A DNA stretch of 64,000 nt from Mesorhizobium sp. (GCF_004020545.1 NZ_SAQE01000006.1); one strand, 5' to 3'. Shown: positions 35,548 to 45,609, counted from the stretch's first letter. Numbers and translations: made by a program. Notes: a model not told the origin generated them from the letters alone.

Positions 35548-35805
35548 ATGCGCGCTGTTGTTTTGGCAAGCAGTATTGCGTTTTTCCTTATCGGCGAGCC
35601 GGCTTTCGCGGCGGAGGAGCAAGCGGTGCCGCCGCAAAATTCCAAGAAACTCTCGGAAATCGTCGCCAAGGTCGAGAAGCGGAGCGACTTTCGCTACGTG
35701 AAGGGGGTCGACTGGAGTAGCGACGGATATACCGTCACCTACTACACGACCGACAAGGCCAAGGTCGAAATCACCTATGATCCGGTGACCGGGGAGCCGA
35801 AATAG
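35548..35805 (+). CDS. PepSY-like small periplasmic protein
   Basis: 85 aa from ATG 35548 (SD GAGGG): signal peptide MRAVVLASSIAFFLIGEPAFAAEE, then LSEIVAKVEKRSDFRYVKGVDWSSDGYTVTYYTTDKAKVEITYDPVTGEPK (PepSY pattern). Confidence 0.65.
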   Translation: MRAVVLASSIAFFLIGEPAFAAEEQAVPPQNSKKLSEIVAKVEKRSDFRYVKGVDWSSDGYTVTYYTTDKAKVEITYDPVTGEPK

Positions 35806-35896
35806 GCGCGTCCGGGCTCCTTCCGGTTTCAGCCATTCCGCATGGCATGTTGTCCGCATAGATTGACGCGCGAAGCCGACAAGGCAGGAGGAGAAT

Positions 35897-36625
35897 ATGC
35901 GCTTCCCCATCCAAGCGATCGCTTGGCTCGTGCCTGCATTGGTGCTGGGCATATCGCTGCCGGCGCGGGCGGATGGACCGTCCTTCGACTGCCGGAAGGC
36001 TCAATTGCCGGCTGAAAAGACAATATGCGCGGACGCGCAGATGTCGGCGATCGATGTGCTGGTCGCCAAGGCCCTTAGAGGCTTCGAGCCCGCCTTCGGC
36101 GGCGACAAGCGCAAGATCGCCAGACAATTGGCTGCGGACCGGAATGCCTGCAAGGCGGACGCCGCCTGCATCGTCAGCGCCCAGAACAACGCGCTGCAGA
36201 CTTATGGCTCGGCGCCCTCCTGGGTTGAGGAGTACAATATCGCCTTGATCGGCAAGAAGGCGCTTGATCTGGCGGCACGAACACCCAGGCCGGTGGACCA
36301 GCCCCTTCCCTCTTCGATCGGGAGATGCGGCTTCACCCATATCAAGACGCTGACGGCAAGGCTGGGCGACGACCCGCTGGCAACCGCCAGCCCGGAAGCC
36401 GGGAGCGCTGCGACGTTCACCAATGGCGGAGCCGCGGTTTCCTATGACCGTGAGCCGGGGCTGGCGGGTTCAAAAGTCGGCGATCCAGTCGTCATGTGCC
36501 TGATCTCGATCCCGCGCGATTGTCCGCAAGGCGATTTGCGCGGCAGGGTCTATTACGGCGTAGATCTCGCCGGCAAAGGCACATGGTCCCTGCCAGACTC
36601 GCAGCACCTGTGCGGTGGCGCCTGA
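35897..36625 (+). CDS. Hypothetical secreted protein with LprI/DUF1311-like N-terminal motif
   Basis: 242 aa, SD AGGAGGAG, signal peptide MRFPIQAIAWLVPALVLGISLPARADG, then FDCRKAQLPAEKTICADAQMSAIDVLVAKAL. Confidence 0.6.
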   Translation: MRFPIQAIAWLVPALVLGISLPARADGPSFDCRKAQLPAEKTICADAQMSAIDVLVAKALRGFEPAFGGDKRKIARQLAADRNACKADAACIVSAQNNALQTYGSAPSWVEEYNIALIGKKALDLAARTPRPVDQPLPSSIGRCGFTHIKTLTARLGDDPLATASPEAGSAATFTNGGAAVSYDREPGLAGSKVGDPVVMCLISIPRDCPQGDLRGRVYYGVDLAGKGTWSLPDSQHLCGGA

Positions 36626-36702
36626 AGACGGCCACCCGCGGGTAAGCCACCCCGCCCATCCGAGACTTGCGTCGACGCGTGATTAATGGCTGACTGCCCG
36701 CC

Positions 36703-37200
36703 ATGATTGCGGGCACGGGGTGCATGGCAACGATCGGCTACGTCCTGAAGCGTATCCTTATGGTGCTTGCCGGTTATCTGGTGGCGGTGCTCGTCGGATT
36801 GATCGCGTTGGTCGTGATCTACGCTGTATTGAGCGCGCTCCTCAACGCGCCCGCCTATTTCGACCTGATGGGTGTGACGCCGATCATGGCGCTCGTGGTG
36901 CCGCCTGTCGGCATGTTCGTCTATTTCCTGACGGTCGTGGTCACCGGCATGCAGACCCTGGTCTTTGCCTTGATTGCCGAGTTGTTTTCGCTGCGGAGCT
37001 TCTGGCTGCACATGCTGTTCGGCGCCGCCGCGGCGGCTGCCGGCTTCGTGCTGCTCTGGCCAGACGCGCCGGACGATCCGGAACGCTGGGCCGACATGAG
37101 CATCATCGCCGGCGCTGGTCTCGTCGCCGGCCTGGTCTATTGGCTGATCGCCGGGCGCGACGCCGGCTTCCGGCGCCCTCTTATCGAGCGTTCAGGTTGA
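36703..37200 (+). CDS. Hypothetical integral membrane protein
   Basis: 165 aa with about 4 hydrophobic helices (ILMVLAGYLVAVLVGLIALVVIYAVL...). No recognisable family. Its 3' end overlaps the convergent L,D-transpeptidase gene by 9 nt. Confidence 0.5.
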   Translation: MIAGTGCMATIGYVLKRILMVLAGYLVAVLVGLIALVVIYAVLSALLNAPAYFDLMGVTPIMALVVPPVGMFVYFLTVVVTGMQTLVFALIAELFSLRSFWLHMLFGAAAAAAGFVLLWPDAPDDPERWADMSIIAGAGLVAGLVYWLIAGRDAGFRRPLIERSG

Positions 37201-39069
37201 CGGCGCACGCACTGCTTCAGTCGCATCCAGCGCCTGCATCAGCCTTGAATCGCGATCGTAGACGTCGTCGAAATACTCGACCTTGCCGGACATGTCAGGC
37301 CATGCTGTGAAATAGGCGACGTAGACCGGGATGACGCGCGTGACATTCTCGGTCGCATGGCCGTGCTTCAGCTTCTCGGCGACATAGTCGACGGACGTGC
37401 CAAGCACCGCCGCCGCCATGCCGCGCGGATCCTGCAGGCGGATGCAGCCGTGGCTCAGCGCACGCATGTCGCGCTCGAAGAATGACTTCTGCGGCGTATC
37501 GTGCATGTAGATGGCATGCTTGTTCGGGAAGAGTATCTTCAATTCACCGAGCGCGTTGGCCTCGCTCGGCTGCTGGCGCACGCTGAAGGGGATTTTGGCG
37601 CCGTACGCTCCCCAGTCGACTGCGGCCGACGGGACTCGCTGGCCGCGCGAATCCGTCACCTCATAGCCAGCGCGGTCGAGATAGCCCGGATCGCTGCGCA
37701 GCCTCGGGAGCATCTCGTTGACGATGATCGACTGCGGCACGCCCCAATAGGGATGGTAATCGACCTGCTTGATCTGGTTGTAGAAGAAGGCGGTCTGGTT
37801 GGTGACCTTGCCGATGACCACCCGGGTCTTCAACTTCTCTTCGCCGTTTTCGATGTAACTTGCGGTGAAGGCCGGCTGGTTGATGAAGACGCGCGGGCTG
37901 CCAAGGTCGGAGGGGAGCCAGCGCAGCTCTTCGAGCGCGACCTTGACCTTCCCGATCTTGTCGGCCTTGGATGTTCCGGCAAGCGTAGCGACGGTGCGCG
38001 GGCCGATGACGCCGTCGCCCTTCATGCCCGCCCGCTGCTGCACCGCCTTGATCACCGGCACCAGTTCGGGGTCGTAAACCTCACTCTTGCCGAGCCTGGC
38101 GAGGACCTCGCCATAGTCGCCGCCCATTTCGTCATCGAGACTGCGCGCGATCAGCGTCAGAAGCTTGGGCAGTTCCGGGCTGCTTTCGCCGGGCTTGAGC
38201 AGCAGCTTCGGATCGACGACGATCTCGTTCTCCTCGCTCGCATCGAGCGACTCCAGTTCGACGCGCAGCGCTTGGTACTCCGGGTTCTGCGGGTGCCGCG
38301 ATTCGAGGTAGGTGCGGACCTCCTGCGTATGCGCCAGCGTCTTCAGCACGCCCTCGAGATCGAGCGGCTTGGCCGGGAAATCGTAATAGCCGGTCATGCG
38401 GTTCGGGTCGACGCGGCCGCTCTGGGCATCATGGGCATAGCGCAGCACGCGCGCCGACAGCGCCATCTCGAAGCGGACCAACTCCTTAATCCGCTCTTCC
38501 GGCGCGGCGGAAGTCGCGGTCGTCGGAACGTCGACGGAGTAGTCGGCAGGCGTCAGGCCGTAGCTGGCCGCCTCGCCAAGCACCCGCACGGCATCCTGCG
38601 CCCTGCTGTTGGGTGAGTCCCCGGTCACCCAGATGAAATCCGGATTGGCCGAGTAATAGGCGATCAGCGCCTTGGCGATATCGGGTTCGGCAAAGAGTTC
38701 GTAGTCACCCAGGCCAGCCAGCGCGTCGCCAAACGCGCTTCCGGTTACGGACGGCACAAAGGCTGCGTCCTGCGCGGTCGCGGATTGCGGGGCCGGCAGC
38801 AGCGACTTGAAGTCGACGCGCACGAGCCTGTCAGCCCTGTAGGTGTTGTAGGTCGGAGCGCTGATCCTGGCGCCGCCACCGCCGCCGGTGCCTGGCTGCC
38901 CCTTGCGTGGCTTCGGGGGCGGCGGAAATTCACCTTCCGGATTGTGCCGGATGCCGCCGCCGAACAGCATGTCGAACAAGCCCTGTGCGCTCGCCGGCTG
39001 CTGCCCGAAGGCAAATGCCGCCGCGATCGCGATCGGCAGCACTGCCTTTTTGTTCCCGAGGATTTTCAT
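37192..39069 (-). CDS. L,D-transpeptidase family protein (YcbB-like, PG-binding + YkuD domains)
   Basis: 625 aa. It has a signal peptide, a PG_binding_1-like stretch (AVQQRAGMKGDGVIGPRTVATL) and the catalytic YkuD motif IYMHDTPQKSFFERDMRALSHGCIRL. Confidence 0.85.
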   Translation of the reverse strand: MKILGNKKAVLPIAIAAAFAFGQQPASAQGLFDMLFGGGIRHNPEGEFPPPPKPRKGQPGTGGGGGARISAPTYNTYRADRLVRVDFKSLLPAPQSATAQDAAFVPSVTGSAFGDALAGLGDYELFAEPDIAKALIAYYSANPDFIWVTGDSPNSRAQDAVRVLGEAASYGLTPADYSVDVPTTATSAAPEERIKELVRFEMALSARVLRYAHDAQSGRVDPNRMTGYYDFPAKPLDLEGVLKTLAHTQEVRTYLESRHPQNPEYQALRVELESLDASEENEIVVDPKLLLKPGESSPELPKLLTLIARSLDDEMGGDYGEVLARLGKSEVYDPELVPVIKAVQQRAGMKGDGVIGPRTVATLAGTSKADKIGKVKVALEELRWLPSDLGSPRVFINQPAFTASYIENGEEKLKTRVVIGKVTNQTAFFYNQIKQVDYHPYWGVPQSIIVNEMLPRLRSDPGYLDRAGYEVTDSRGQRVPSAAVDWGAYGAKIPFSVRQQPSEANALGELKILFPNKHAIYMHDTPQKSFFERDMRALSHGCIRLQDPRGMAAAVLGTSVDYVAEKLKHGHATENVTRVIPVYVAYFTAWPDMSGKVEYFDDVYDRDSRLMQALDATEAVRAPST

Positions 39070-39280
39070 GCTTCACCCGCGCCGGTTGAAACCGGTTCCC
39101 GTTCCGCGCCGCTAGACGGTCCCGCCCTCCGCATGGCGGATGTAAGACGCAACTATACCGATTCATACTGATTTCGTTAAGCTTCCATAAATTTCCGGGG
39201 TCGTGTTGCAGAACAGTTTCACATCCTTGTGAGACCCAACGCAGTCGGGCCTCTCCGGGTTTCAAAGGCCTCGAGAACAA

Positions 39281-40027
39281 TCAGGCGTTGGCACCACCAT
39301 CGATGGTCAGCGCGGCGCCAGTGACGAAACGGCCCTCGGCGCCGGCGAGCCAGGCTACCAAGCCTGCTATCTCTTCGGCCTCTCCGAATCGCGGGGTCGC
39401 CATTTTCTGGCGCTGGTGCTCGGCATGCGGTCCGTTGGCAGGGTTCATGTCGGTGTCGGTCGATCCTGGATGAACGATGTTAGCGGTGATGCCGCGCGGG
39501 CCAAGGTCCCGCGCCAGAGCCTTGGTCAGCCCGACCAGAGCCGCCTTGCTGGTCGAATAGGCGCTGAGGCCCGCATCCGTCACGCGCTCGGCCAGGTTGC
39601 TGCCGATGGAGATGATGCGACCACCTTCCGTCATGTGGCTGGCGGCCGCCTTGGAGGCGACGAAGGGCGCCCTCAGATTGACCTCCATGCTTTCGTCGAA
39701 ATCGGCAAGCGACAGGCTATCGATCGGCGCCGCGCGCCAGATGCCGGCGCTGTTGACCAGAATATCGAGCCGGCCAAACGCATCCATTGCCTGTTCGACA
39801 GCACTCTCGATCGCTTCGGCGTCGCGACCGTCGGCCTTGATGGCGATGGCGCGGCCACCTGCCGCCTCGATCTCGTCGACGACGGCGTGCGCCTGTGCCT
39901 CGCCTTGGACATAGGTCAGGGCAACGCTGGCGCCGTCATGCGCCAACCTCCTGGCAATAGCCGCACCTATGCCCCGGCTGCCGCCGGTCACGAACGCGGC
40001 CTTGCCGCTCAGTTGCTTGGAAGGCAT
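39281..40027 (-). CDS. SDR-family oxidoreductase
   Basis: 248 aa from ATG 40027 (SD AAGGAGA): KAAFVTGGSRGIGAAIARRLA (TGxxxGIG) and YSTSKAAL (YxxxK). Confidence 0.85.
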   Translation of the reverse strand: MPSKQLSGKAAFVTGGSRGIGAAIARRLAHDGASVALTYVQGEAQAHAVVDEIEAAGGRAIAIKADGRDAEAIESAVEQAMDAFGRLDILVNSAGIWRAAPIDSLSLADFDESMEVNLRAPFVASKAAASHMTEGGRIISIGSNLAERVTDAGLSAYSTSKAALVGLTKALARDLGPRGITANIVHPGSTDTDMNPANGPHAEHQRQKMATPRFGEAEEIAGLVAWLAGAEGRFVTGAALTIDGGANA

Positions 40028-40046
40028 CGATTTCTCCTTTTTGTAG

Positions 40047-40109
40047 TGATCGATACATAAATATCTGTCAGCCTTGCCCTGCCTCGTCAACTGAATTATG
40101 TATCGATCA
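40047..40109. promoter_or_regulatory. 14-bp perfect inverted repeat pair in the divergent SDR/TetR promoter region (likely TetR operators)
   Basis: TGATCGATACATAA (40047-40060) and its exact complement TTATGTATCGATCA (40096-40109), separated by 35 nt. Confidence 0.55.
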
Positions 40110-40126
40110 ACACAGAAAAGGACGCC

Positions 40127-40738
40127 ATGCCGGAAAGGGGCCGCCCCCGCTCATTCGATCGAACCGCCGCGCTGCGGCGAGCGATGGAGGTTTTTTGGGC
40201 CAAAGGCTATGAGGGCGCTTCGCTCAGCGATCTGACGGCAGCCATGGGCATCAATTCGCCCAGCCTCTATGCCGCCTTTGGCAGCAAGGAAGCGCTCTTC
40301 CTCGAAGCAACCGACCTCTATACGCGCGTCGAGGGCTCGGATATCTGGACGACGCTGGAACAAGCGCCAACCGCGCGGCTGGCGATCGAGGGGTTCCTAA
40401 CCCAGACGGCAAAAGCCTATTCCCAGACTGATCGGCCGCGGGGCTGCCTGATCGCGCTGGGCGCCTTGCATCAGGACTCCAGTCAGGGCCTGATCTGCCA
40501 TGATCTGCGCCGCCGCCGCGCCGAAAATCACATGGCGCTCAAAAGGCGTTTGGAACGCGCCGTGACGGAAGGCGAGTTGCCCAAGGGTTTCGACATCCAA
40601 ACCGCCGCCACCTTCTTCGCCACCGTCCAGCACGGCATGTCGATCCAGGCGCGCGACGGCGCCACTCATGCCGCCCTTATGGCAACCGTTGCAGGCGCCA
40701 TGGCCGCCTGGACAACCATGGCCGGCGCCGCGGCGTGA
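40127..40738 (+). CDS. TetR/AcrR-family transcriptional regulator
   Basis: 203 aa with an N-terminal HTH: RTAALRRAMEVFWAKGYEGASLSDLTAAMGINSPSLYAAFGSKEALF. Confidence 0.88.
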   Translation: MPERGRPRSFDRTAALRRAMEVFWAKGYEGASLSDLTAAMGINSPSLYAAFGSKEALFLEATDLYTRVEGSDIWTTLEQAPTARLAIEGFLTQTAKAYSQTDRPRGCLIALGALHQDSSQGLICHDLRRRRAENHMALKRRLERAVTEGELPKGFDIQTAATFFATVQHGMSIQARDGATHAALMATVAGAMAAWTTMAGAAA

Positions 40739-40819
40739 GACGAATATCGCTCCGTGACAAACCGCGGTCTTTGTGATCGAAATTCCAGCGGCATCGAGCT
40801 ACGGCCTGGAGTATCTGTT

Positions 40820-41221
40820 GTGAAGAAGGGATATCGCGAACTTCTCGATGAGGCGAATGCCGAGATCGAGGTCGTGTCGCCTGAGGAGGCTGCCGGGCTG
40901 CTTGAGGACGAAGGCACTATCTTCGTCGATCTGCGCGACCCTCGCGAAATTGAGCGCGACGGCAAGATTCCCGGCGCCAAGCATGTCACGCGCGGCATGC
41001 TTGAATTCTGGATCGACCCCGAAAGTCCCTATCACAAGCCGTTCTTCGCTTCGGGCAAGACCTTCGTCTTCTTCTGCGCCGGCGGCTGGCGCTCGGCGCT
41101 GGCGACCAAGACGGCACAGGACATGGGGCTCACGCCGGTCAAGCACATCCTTGGCGGCTACACCGCCTGGAAGGCCGCCGGCTTGCCGGTCGAGCCGGGT
41201 CAGAAGAAGAAGACCGACTGA
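40820..41221 (+). CDS. Rhodanese-like domain protein
   Basis: Active-site loop FFCAGGWRSALA. GTG 40820 is preceded by GGAG at an 8-nt spacing. The track ORF starts at another GTG (40754). Confidence 0.75.
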   Translation: MKKGYRELLDEANAEIEVVSPEEAAGLLEDEGTIFVDLRDPREIERDGKIPGAKHVTRGMLEFWIDPESPYHKPFFASGKTFVFFCAGGWRSALATKTAQDMGLTPVKHILGGYTAWKAAGLPVEPGQKKKTD

Positions 41222-41230
41222 TCGAACCGA

Positions 41231-42139
41231 TCAATGCAGCATCGATTCGGGCTGCTCTGTCACGAATCCGACGGCGCGCGCGACGACATCCTTGTCGGCA
41301 AGGATGCGGCGGTGGCCGAGCCCTTCGGCCCAATGCAGGCTGACATGATCGCCGGCGCCCGCATATCGCTTGGCATGGTCGGCGTGGACTTCGCGGTCGT
41401 CCGGCGCGTGGATGATCAGTGTCGGCACCGGCGCCTCGGCGAGCTGGCGGTCGCCGGTGAATTCGCTGAGCGGCCGACCGGACAGATGCTTCACCCGATC
41501 CGCCATGGCGACCCGGGAGCGCGGCCCGACGTTCATCATGCGACTGAAGTCGTCGAAGATCGCCGGCAGCGAGCTCGGAGCAGCGATCAGCACCAGCTTT
41601 TCAGCTGCCAGTGGCGGCATGTCTTTCACCGACGCCGCAACCGCGTTGGCGGCGATCGCGCCGCCGAAGGAATGGCCGACCACGGCTGCAAAAGGACCGA
41701 ACCATTCGCCGGCGACCCGCGCCGCATCCACCGCGTTCACCATGTTGAGATGGCGGCCGAGCGAGTGGCCGTGCCCGGGCAGGTCGAGCGAGACAACCTT
41801 GTAGTCGGCCCCGCGAAATCCTTCGATCAGCACGCGCATATATTCGGTGCGCGAGCGCCAGCCATGGATGACGAGCACGGTGCCGCGAGAGCCCCTGCCC
41901 GGCTCCGGCCGGAACTCATGCACCGCAACGCAATCCGTCTTCGTCTTGAGCCGGTGATGACGCGCCTCGGCCATGAAATCGGCAGCGCGCTCGACGGCGC
42001 GGCGCTCGCCGCCGCTCAGGGATTTGACGTTTGGCGTGCGGCAGAACAACTCGAACGCGGCGCGACCGCTGAGACCCGGAGCGACATGCTCGGCGGCGCC
42101 GAATACGCCCCGGATGACCTTCATTCCAAATGATGCCAT
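41231..42139 (-). CDS. Alpha/beta-fold hydrolase
   Basis: 302 aa with the nucleophile elbow VVGHSFGGAIA and the HGW oxyanion region VLVIHGWRSR. Confidence 0.8.
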   Translation of the reverse strand: MASFGMKVIRGVFGAAEHVAPGLSGRAAFELFCRTPNVKSLSGGERRAVERAADFMAEARHHRLKTKTDCVAVHEFRPEPGRGSRGTVLVIHGWRSRTEYMRVLIEGFRGADYKVVSLDLPGHGHSLGRHLNMVNAVDAARVAGEWFGPFAAVVGHSFGGAIAANAVAASVKDMPPLAAEKLVLIAAPSSLPAIFDDFSRMMNVGPRSRVAMADRVKHLSGRPLSEFTGDRQLAEAPVPTLIIHAPDDREVHADHAKRYAGAGDHVSLHWAEGLGHRRILADKDVVARAVGFVTEQPESMLH

Positions 42140-42158
42140 ATTGGCAGTCCATCCATTC

Positions 42159-42192
42159 GTTCAAGCATGAACATAATAGTTCAAACATGAAC
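42159..42192. promoter_or_regulatory. Two tandem palindromic boxes GTTCAA(G/A)CATGAAC, 20 nt apart (likely MarR operators)
   Basis: GTTCAAGCATGAAC (42159-42172) and GTTCAAACATGAAC (42179-42192). The second box contains the marR-like ATG (42187). Confidence 0.55.
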
Positions 42193-42639
42193 ATTAAACA
42201 AGAGCTGCCCTGGGACAATCCGCGCTTTCGCAACTGGGTTGCGGTGGCGCGCGCCTGCCATGTGCTGGAGCGCACGCTGGCGACGAAACTCACGCCGCTC
42301 GACTTGAAGCCGGCGCAGCTCGACGTGCTGATGAACCTTTACCGCCACCCCGGCATGTCCCAGCACGACCTTGCCCGCAAGCTTCTGGTCGGCCGCTCTA
42401 ACATCACCATGCTCTTGCCGCAGCTCGAGGCGCGCGGCCTGCTGCGTCGCGAGGGCGACGAAAAGGACAAGCGGGTGCTGCGGCTGAACCTCACCGAAGC
42501 CGGCGAAGCCTTGCTGATGCGGGCGCTGAAAGTGCATATGGCGCTGATCGAGAAGGCGATGAGCCAGTCGACGCCGGAACAGTGCGACATGATCGGCGAG
42601 CAGATGCGCAAGATCGCCGAGGTGCTGAAGGAAGCCTGA
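42187..42639 (+). CDS. MarR-family transcriptional regulator
   Basis: 150 aa from ATG 42187. Winged-HTH region: LKPAQLDVLMNLYRHPGMSQHDLARKLLVGRSNITMLLPQLEARGLLRREGDEKDKRV. Confidence 0.85.
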   Translation: MNIKQELPWDNPRFRNWVAVARACHVLERTLATKLTPLDLKPAQLDVLMNLYRHPGMSQHDLARKLLVGRSNITMLLPQLEARGLLRREGDEKDKRVLRLNLTEAGEALLMRALKVHMALIEKAMSQSTPEQCDMIGEQMRKIAEVLKEA

Positions 42640-42689
42640 CTTCCAGGTGCTTCGAGATTCAGGTCAAGCCGGCCTCACCTGAATTATCC

Positions 42690-43301
42690 TCACCACATCG
42701 TCTTTTTCGCCCGCTCCGGCCATTCCCTGTCATAGGTGACGCCGTCGATGTTCTTGCGGCTGGTGATCTCGAGGATCTGGCCGGGCGTCGGCAGCGACTT
42801 CGGATCGACATGCTTTGCCGGGTTCCAGAGATCGGAGCGCACGATGGCGCGGGCACATTGGAAGTAGACGGTGTCGACCGAAATCACCGTGACCGACCGG
42901 GCGGGCTTGCCGTCCACCGTGAAGGACGCGCAAAGCTCGGCATCGGTGGTGATATGGGCGCGGCCGTTGATGCGCAGCGTCGTGCCGGAGCCAGGCACCA
43001 GGAAAAGCAGCCCGACGCGCGGATCGCGAATGATGTTCTTCAGCGAATCGGCGCGGTTGTTGCCGCGCCTGTCGGGCATCATCAGCGTCTTTTCATCGAC
43101 GAGACGCACGAAGCCGGCGAGATCGCCGCGCGGCGAGCAGTCCAGCCCTTCCGGTCCGCTGGTCGCCAGCGCCACGAAGGGCGATGCCTCGATGAAGGCG
43201 GCATATTCGGGGATCACATGGTCGAGTTCCTTGACCAGCGAGGCCTCGCCGGGCAGCCCGTAGAGCGCTTCGATCTGTTCGACCGATGTGATGAGCGGCA
43301 T
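42690..43301 (-). CDS. Pyridoxamine 5'-phosphate oxidase-family (PPOX-type) FMN-binding protein
   Basis: 203 aa: FVALATSGPEGLDCSPRGD...MMPDRRGNNRADSLKNIIRDPRVGLLFLVPG, typical of the MSMEG_1061-like PPOX class. Confidence 0.7.
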   Translation of the reverse strand: MPLITSVEQIEALYGLPGEASLVKELDHVIPEYAAFIEASPFVALATSGPEGLDCSPRGDLAGFVRLVDEKTLMMPDRRGNNRADSLKNIIRDPRVGLLFLVPGSGTTLRINGRAHITTDAELCASFTVDGKPARSVTVISVDTVYFQCARAIVRSDLWNPAKHVDPKSLPTPGQILEITSRKNIDGVTYDREWPERAKKTMW

Positions 43302-43395
43302 CTTTTTTCGCCTCCTGACCTTTTGCCGGCGCTACGCTATGTCCGTGACGCCTTGACGACAGCCGGTCGCCGAAATTGGACCTGCACGCGCCGGG

Positions 43396-43749
43396 CTAGC
43401 GATCGCGGCTGAGGCCCTTCTCGGCCAGCTCGGTGAGATAGGCGTTCCAGCGCTCGTCCTTCTCATGGCCGAGCGTATGAAGATAGTTCCAAGTGAAGAT
43501 GCCGGTGTCATGGAAATCATCGAACGTGATGCGCACCGCGTAATTGCCGACCGGCTCGATCTTGAGGATCGCAACGTTGCGTTTGCCGGGCACGGTCACC
43601 CGCTGTTCGGGCGAATGGCCTTGCACTTCCGCCGAAGGCGAGGCGACCCGCAAAAGCTCCGCCGGCAATTCGTACGGTTGATGCCCGGGAAAGGTCACGG
43701 TAAGCAGCCTGCGGTCTTTGGAGACCCTGAGTTCCTTCGGTGCCGTCAT
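43396..43749 (-). CDS. DUF971 (gamma-butyrobetaine hydroxylase-like N-terminal domain) protein
   Basis: 117 aa from ATG 43749: ELRVSKDRRLLTVTFPGHQPYELPAELLRVASPSAEVQGHSPEQR...VGNYAVRITFDDFHDTGIFTWNYLHTLG. Confidence 0.7.
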   Translation of the reverse strand: MTAPKELRVSKDRRLLTVTFPGHQPYELPAELLRVASPSAEVQGHSPEQRVTVPGKRNVAILKIEPVGNYAVRITFDDFHDTGIFTWNYLHTLGHEKDERWNAYLTELAEKGLSRDR

Positions 43750-43943
43750 GTTTGTCCTGCGTGAGATTGCGCCCTTCCCTACGCCGCTTCGTGCGATGCG
43801 GAAAGACCATAGAAGGCCGCCGACAGAGAATGTCGGTCGGGGAATGTTACCAAAGATCAAGACCTTCTATCTTGAATGCGCGGTTGGATCGTATCACATA
43901 GCCGTATATAACGGCGCCGCTCGGGCCACGGAAAGCGCTTGCA

Positions 43944-44939
43944 ATGGACATGATCGATCCCTTCGGTCGCACGATCAGCTACCTTCGCGTGTCGGTTACC
44001 GACCGCTGCGACTTCCGCTGCACCTATTGCATGGCCGAAGACATGACCTTCCTGCCGAAGAAGGACCTGTTGTCGCTCGAAGAGCTCGACCGGCTCTGCG
44101 GCGTCTTCATCGAAAAGGGCGTGAGGAAGCTCAGGCTGACCGGCGGCGAGCCGCTGATGCGCAAGAACATCATGCATCTGGTGCGCCAGTTGTCGCGGCA
44201 TCTGAAGAGCGGCGCGCTTGAAGAGTTGACGCTCACCACCAACGGCTCGCAGCTCTCGCGCTTTGCGGCGGAGCTCGCCGACTGCGGGGTCAAGCGCATC
44301 AACGTCTCGCTCGACACACTCGATGCCGACAAGTTCCGCAAGATCACCCGCTGGGGCAATCTCGGCAAGGTCATGGAAGGCATCGACGCCGCGCAGGCAG
44401 CCGGGCTCAAGATCAAGCTCAACGCCGTGGCGCTGCGCGACTTCAACGACGCCGAAATCCCGGAGTTGATGCGCTGGGCGCATGGCCGCGGCATGGATCT
44501 CACCGTCATCGAGACCATGCCGATGGGCGAGATCGAGGCCGACCGCACCGACCAGTATCTGCCGCTGTCGCTGCTGCGCGCTTCGCTCGAGCGCCAGTTC
44601 ACGCTGACCGACATCCCTTACAAGACCGGCGGCCCTGCCCGCTACGTCAATGTCACTGAGACCGGTGGCCGGCTCGGCTTCATCACGCCGATGACGCATA
44701 ATTTTTGCGAAAGCTGCAACCGCGTGAGGCTGACCTGCACCGGCACGCTCTATATGTGCCTCGGCCAGGAAGACGCCGCCGACCTGAGGGCGCCGCTGCG
44801 CGCCTCCGAAGGCAACGAGCTGGTCGGCGAGGCGATAGACGAGGCGATCGGGCGCAAGCCGAAGGGCCATGATTTCATCATCGACCGCCGCACCAGCCGT
44901 CCTTCCGTATCGCGCCATATGAGCGTCACCGGCGGCTGA
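43944..44939 (+). CDS. moaA: GTP 3',8-cyclase MoaA (radical SAM)
   Basis: [30 protein letters not shown] (CxxxCxxC radical-SAM cluster) and a C-terminal second cluster [19 protein letters not shown]. Confidence 0.92.
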   Translation: MDMIDPFGRTISYLRVSVTDRCDFRCTYCMAEDMTFLPKKDLLSLEELDRLCGVFIEKGVRKLRLTGGEPLMRKNIMHLVRQLSRHLKSGALEELTLTTNGSQLSRFAAELADCGVKRINVSLDTLDADKFRKITRWGNLGKVMEGIDAAQAAGLKIKLNAVALRDFNDAEIPELMRWAHGRGMDLTVIETMPMGEIEADRTDQYLPLSLLRASLERQFTLTDIPYKTGGPARYVNVTETGGRLGFITPMTHNFCESCNRVRLTCTGTLYMCLGQEDAADLRAPLRASEGNELVGEAIDEAIGRKPKGHDFIIDRRTSRPSVSRHMSVTGG

Positions 44940-44993
44940 TTTTTTCCGAAAATTGGTGCAGGATCACCCTTGGTCACTGACCTTGGGGGCACC

Positions 44994-45491
44994 ATGAAGC
45001 GTCTTCATCTCATCCAGGGCGCGCCTTTGGCGATCGCCTTGTCGTCGTTGTTTGCAATCGTCACGACAACGGCAATCGCGAAGCCATTCACCTACGTCAA
45101 TGCGCGCTTCGGCACCGCCTGCACCTTTCCCGACGAGATTTTCAGCGACCGCTTGCCCGAGCCTGAAAACGGCGACGGGCAACAATGGCTGAGCGCCGAC
45201 GGCGCCAGCCTGACCTGCTCCGGTATCTACAACGTCGATAACGACACACCGAAAAGCTTCGTCGACGACGAAAAGGCGAACACCGAACCCGGCTATAAGG
45301 TGACCTACAGCAAGACCGGTAAGAACTGGGCGGTGCTCTCCGGCGTCAAGGCCGACAAGGTCTTCTACGAGCGACGCCTGTTCGGAAAGGATGGCGTCAT
45401 CCGCACCGTCTGGATCGAATATCCTTCGTCGCTCAAGGCGAAATACGACCCGCTGGTCGGCGCCATCGCCAAAAGCCTGCGCGGGCCTTGA
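44994..45491 (+). CDS. Hypothetical secreted protein
   Basis: 165 aa from ATG 44994 with signal peptide MKRLHLIQGAPLAIALSSLFAIVTTTAIA. No family recognised. Confidence 0.5.
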   Translation: MKRLHLIQGAPLAIALSSLFAIVTTTAIAKPFTYVNARFGTACTFPDEIFSDRLPEPENGDGQQWLSADGASLTCSGIYNVDNDTPKSFVDDEKANTEPGYKVTYSKTGKNWAVLSGVKADKVFYERRLFGKDGVIRTVWIEYPSSLKAKYDPLVGAIAKSLRGP

Positions 45492-45609
45492 GACTCGGGC
45501 GACACGCCGCAAATAAACCTTCCGCAATGGCCTCCGCCCGATTTACCGCTGACCTGTTCCGGCCTAGCTTTCGAGCGCGATTTTTTTCGCTCCAAGGGGG
45601 AAAGTGCAT

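Noticed and set aside
43857-44918. 353-aa minus-strand ORF opposite moaA
   Set aside because: It is a shadow ORF. The plus strand has the radical-SAM CxxxCxxC motif and the full MoaA layout.
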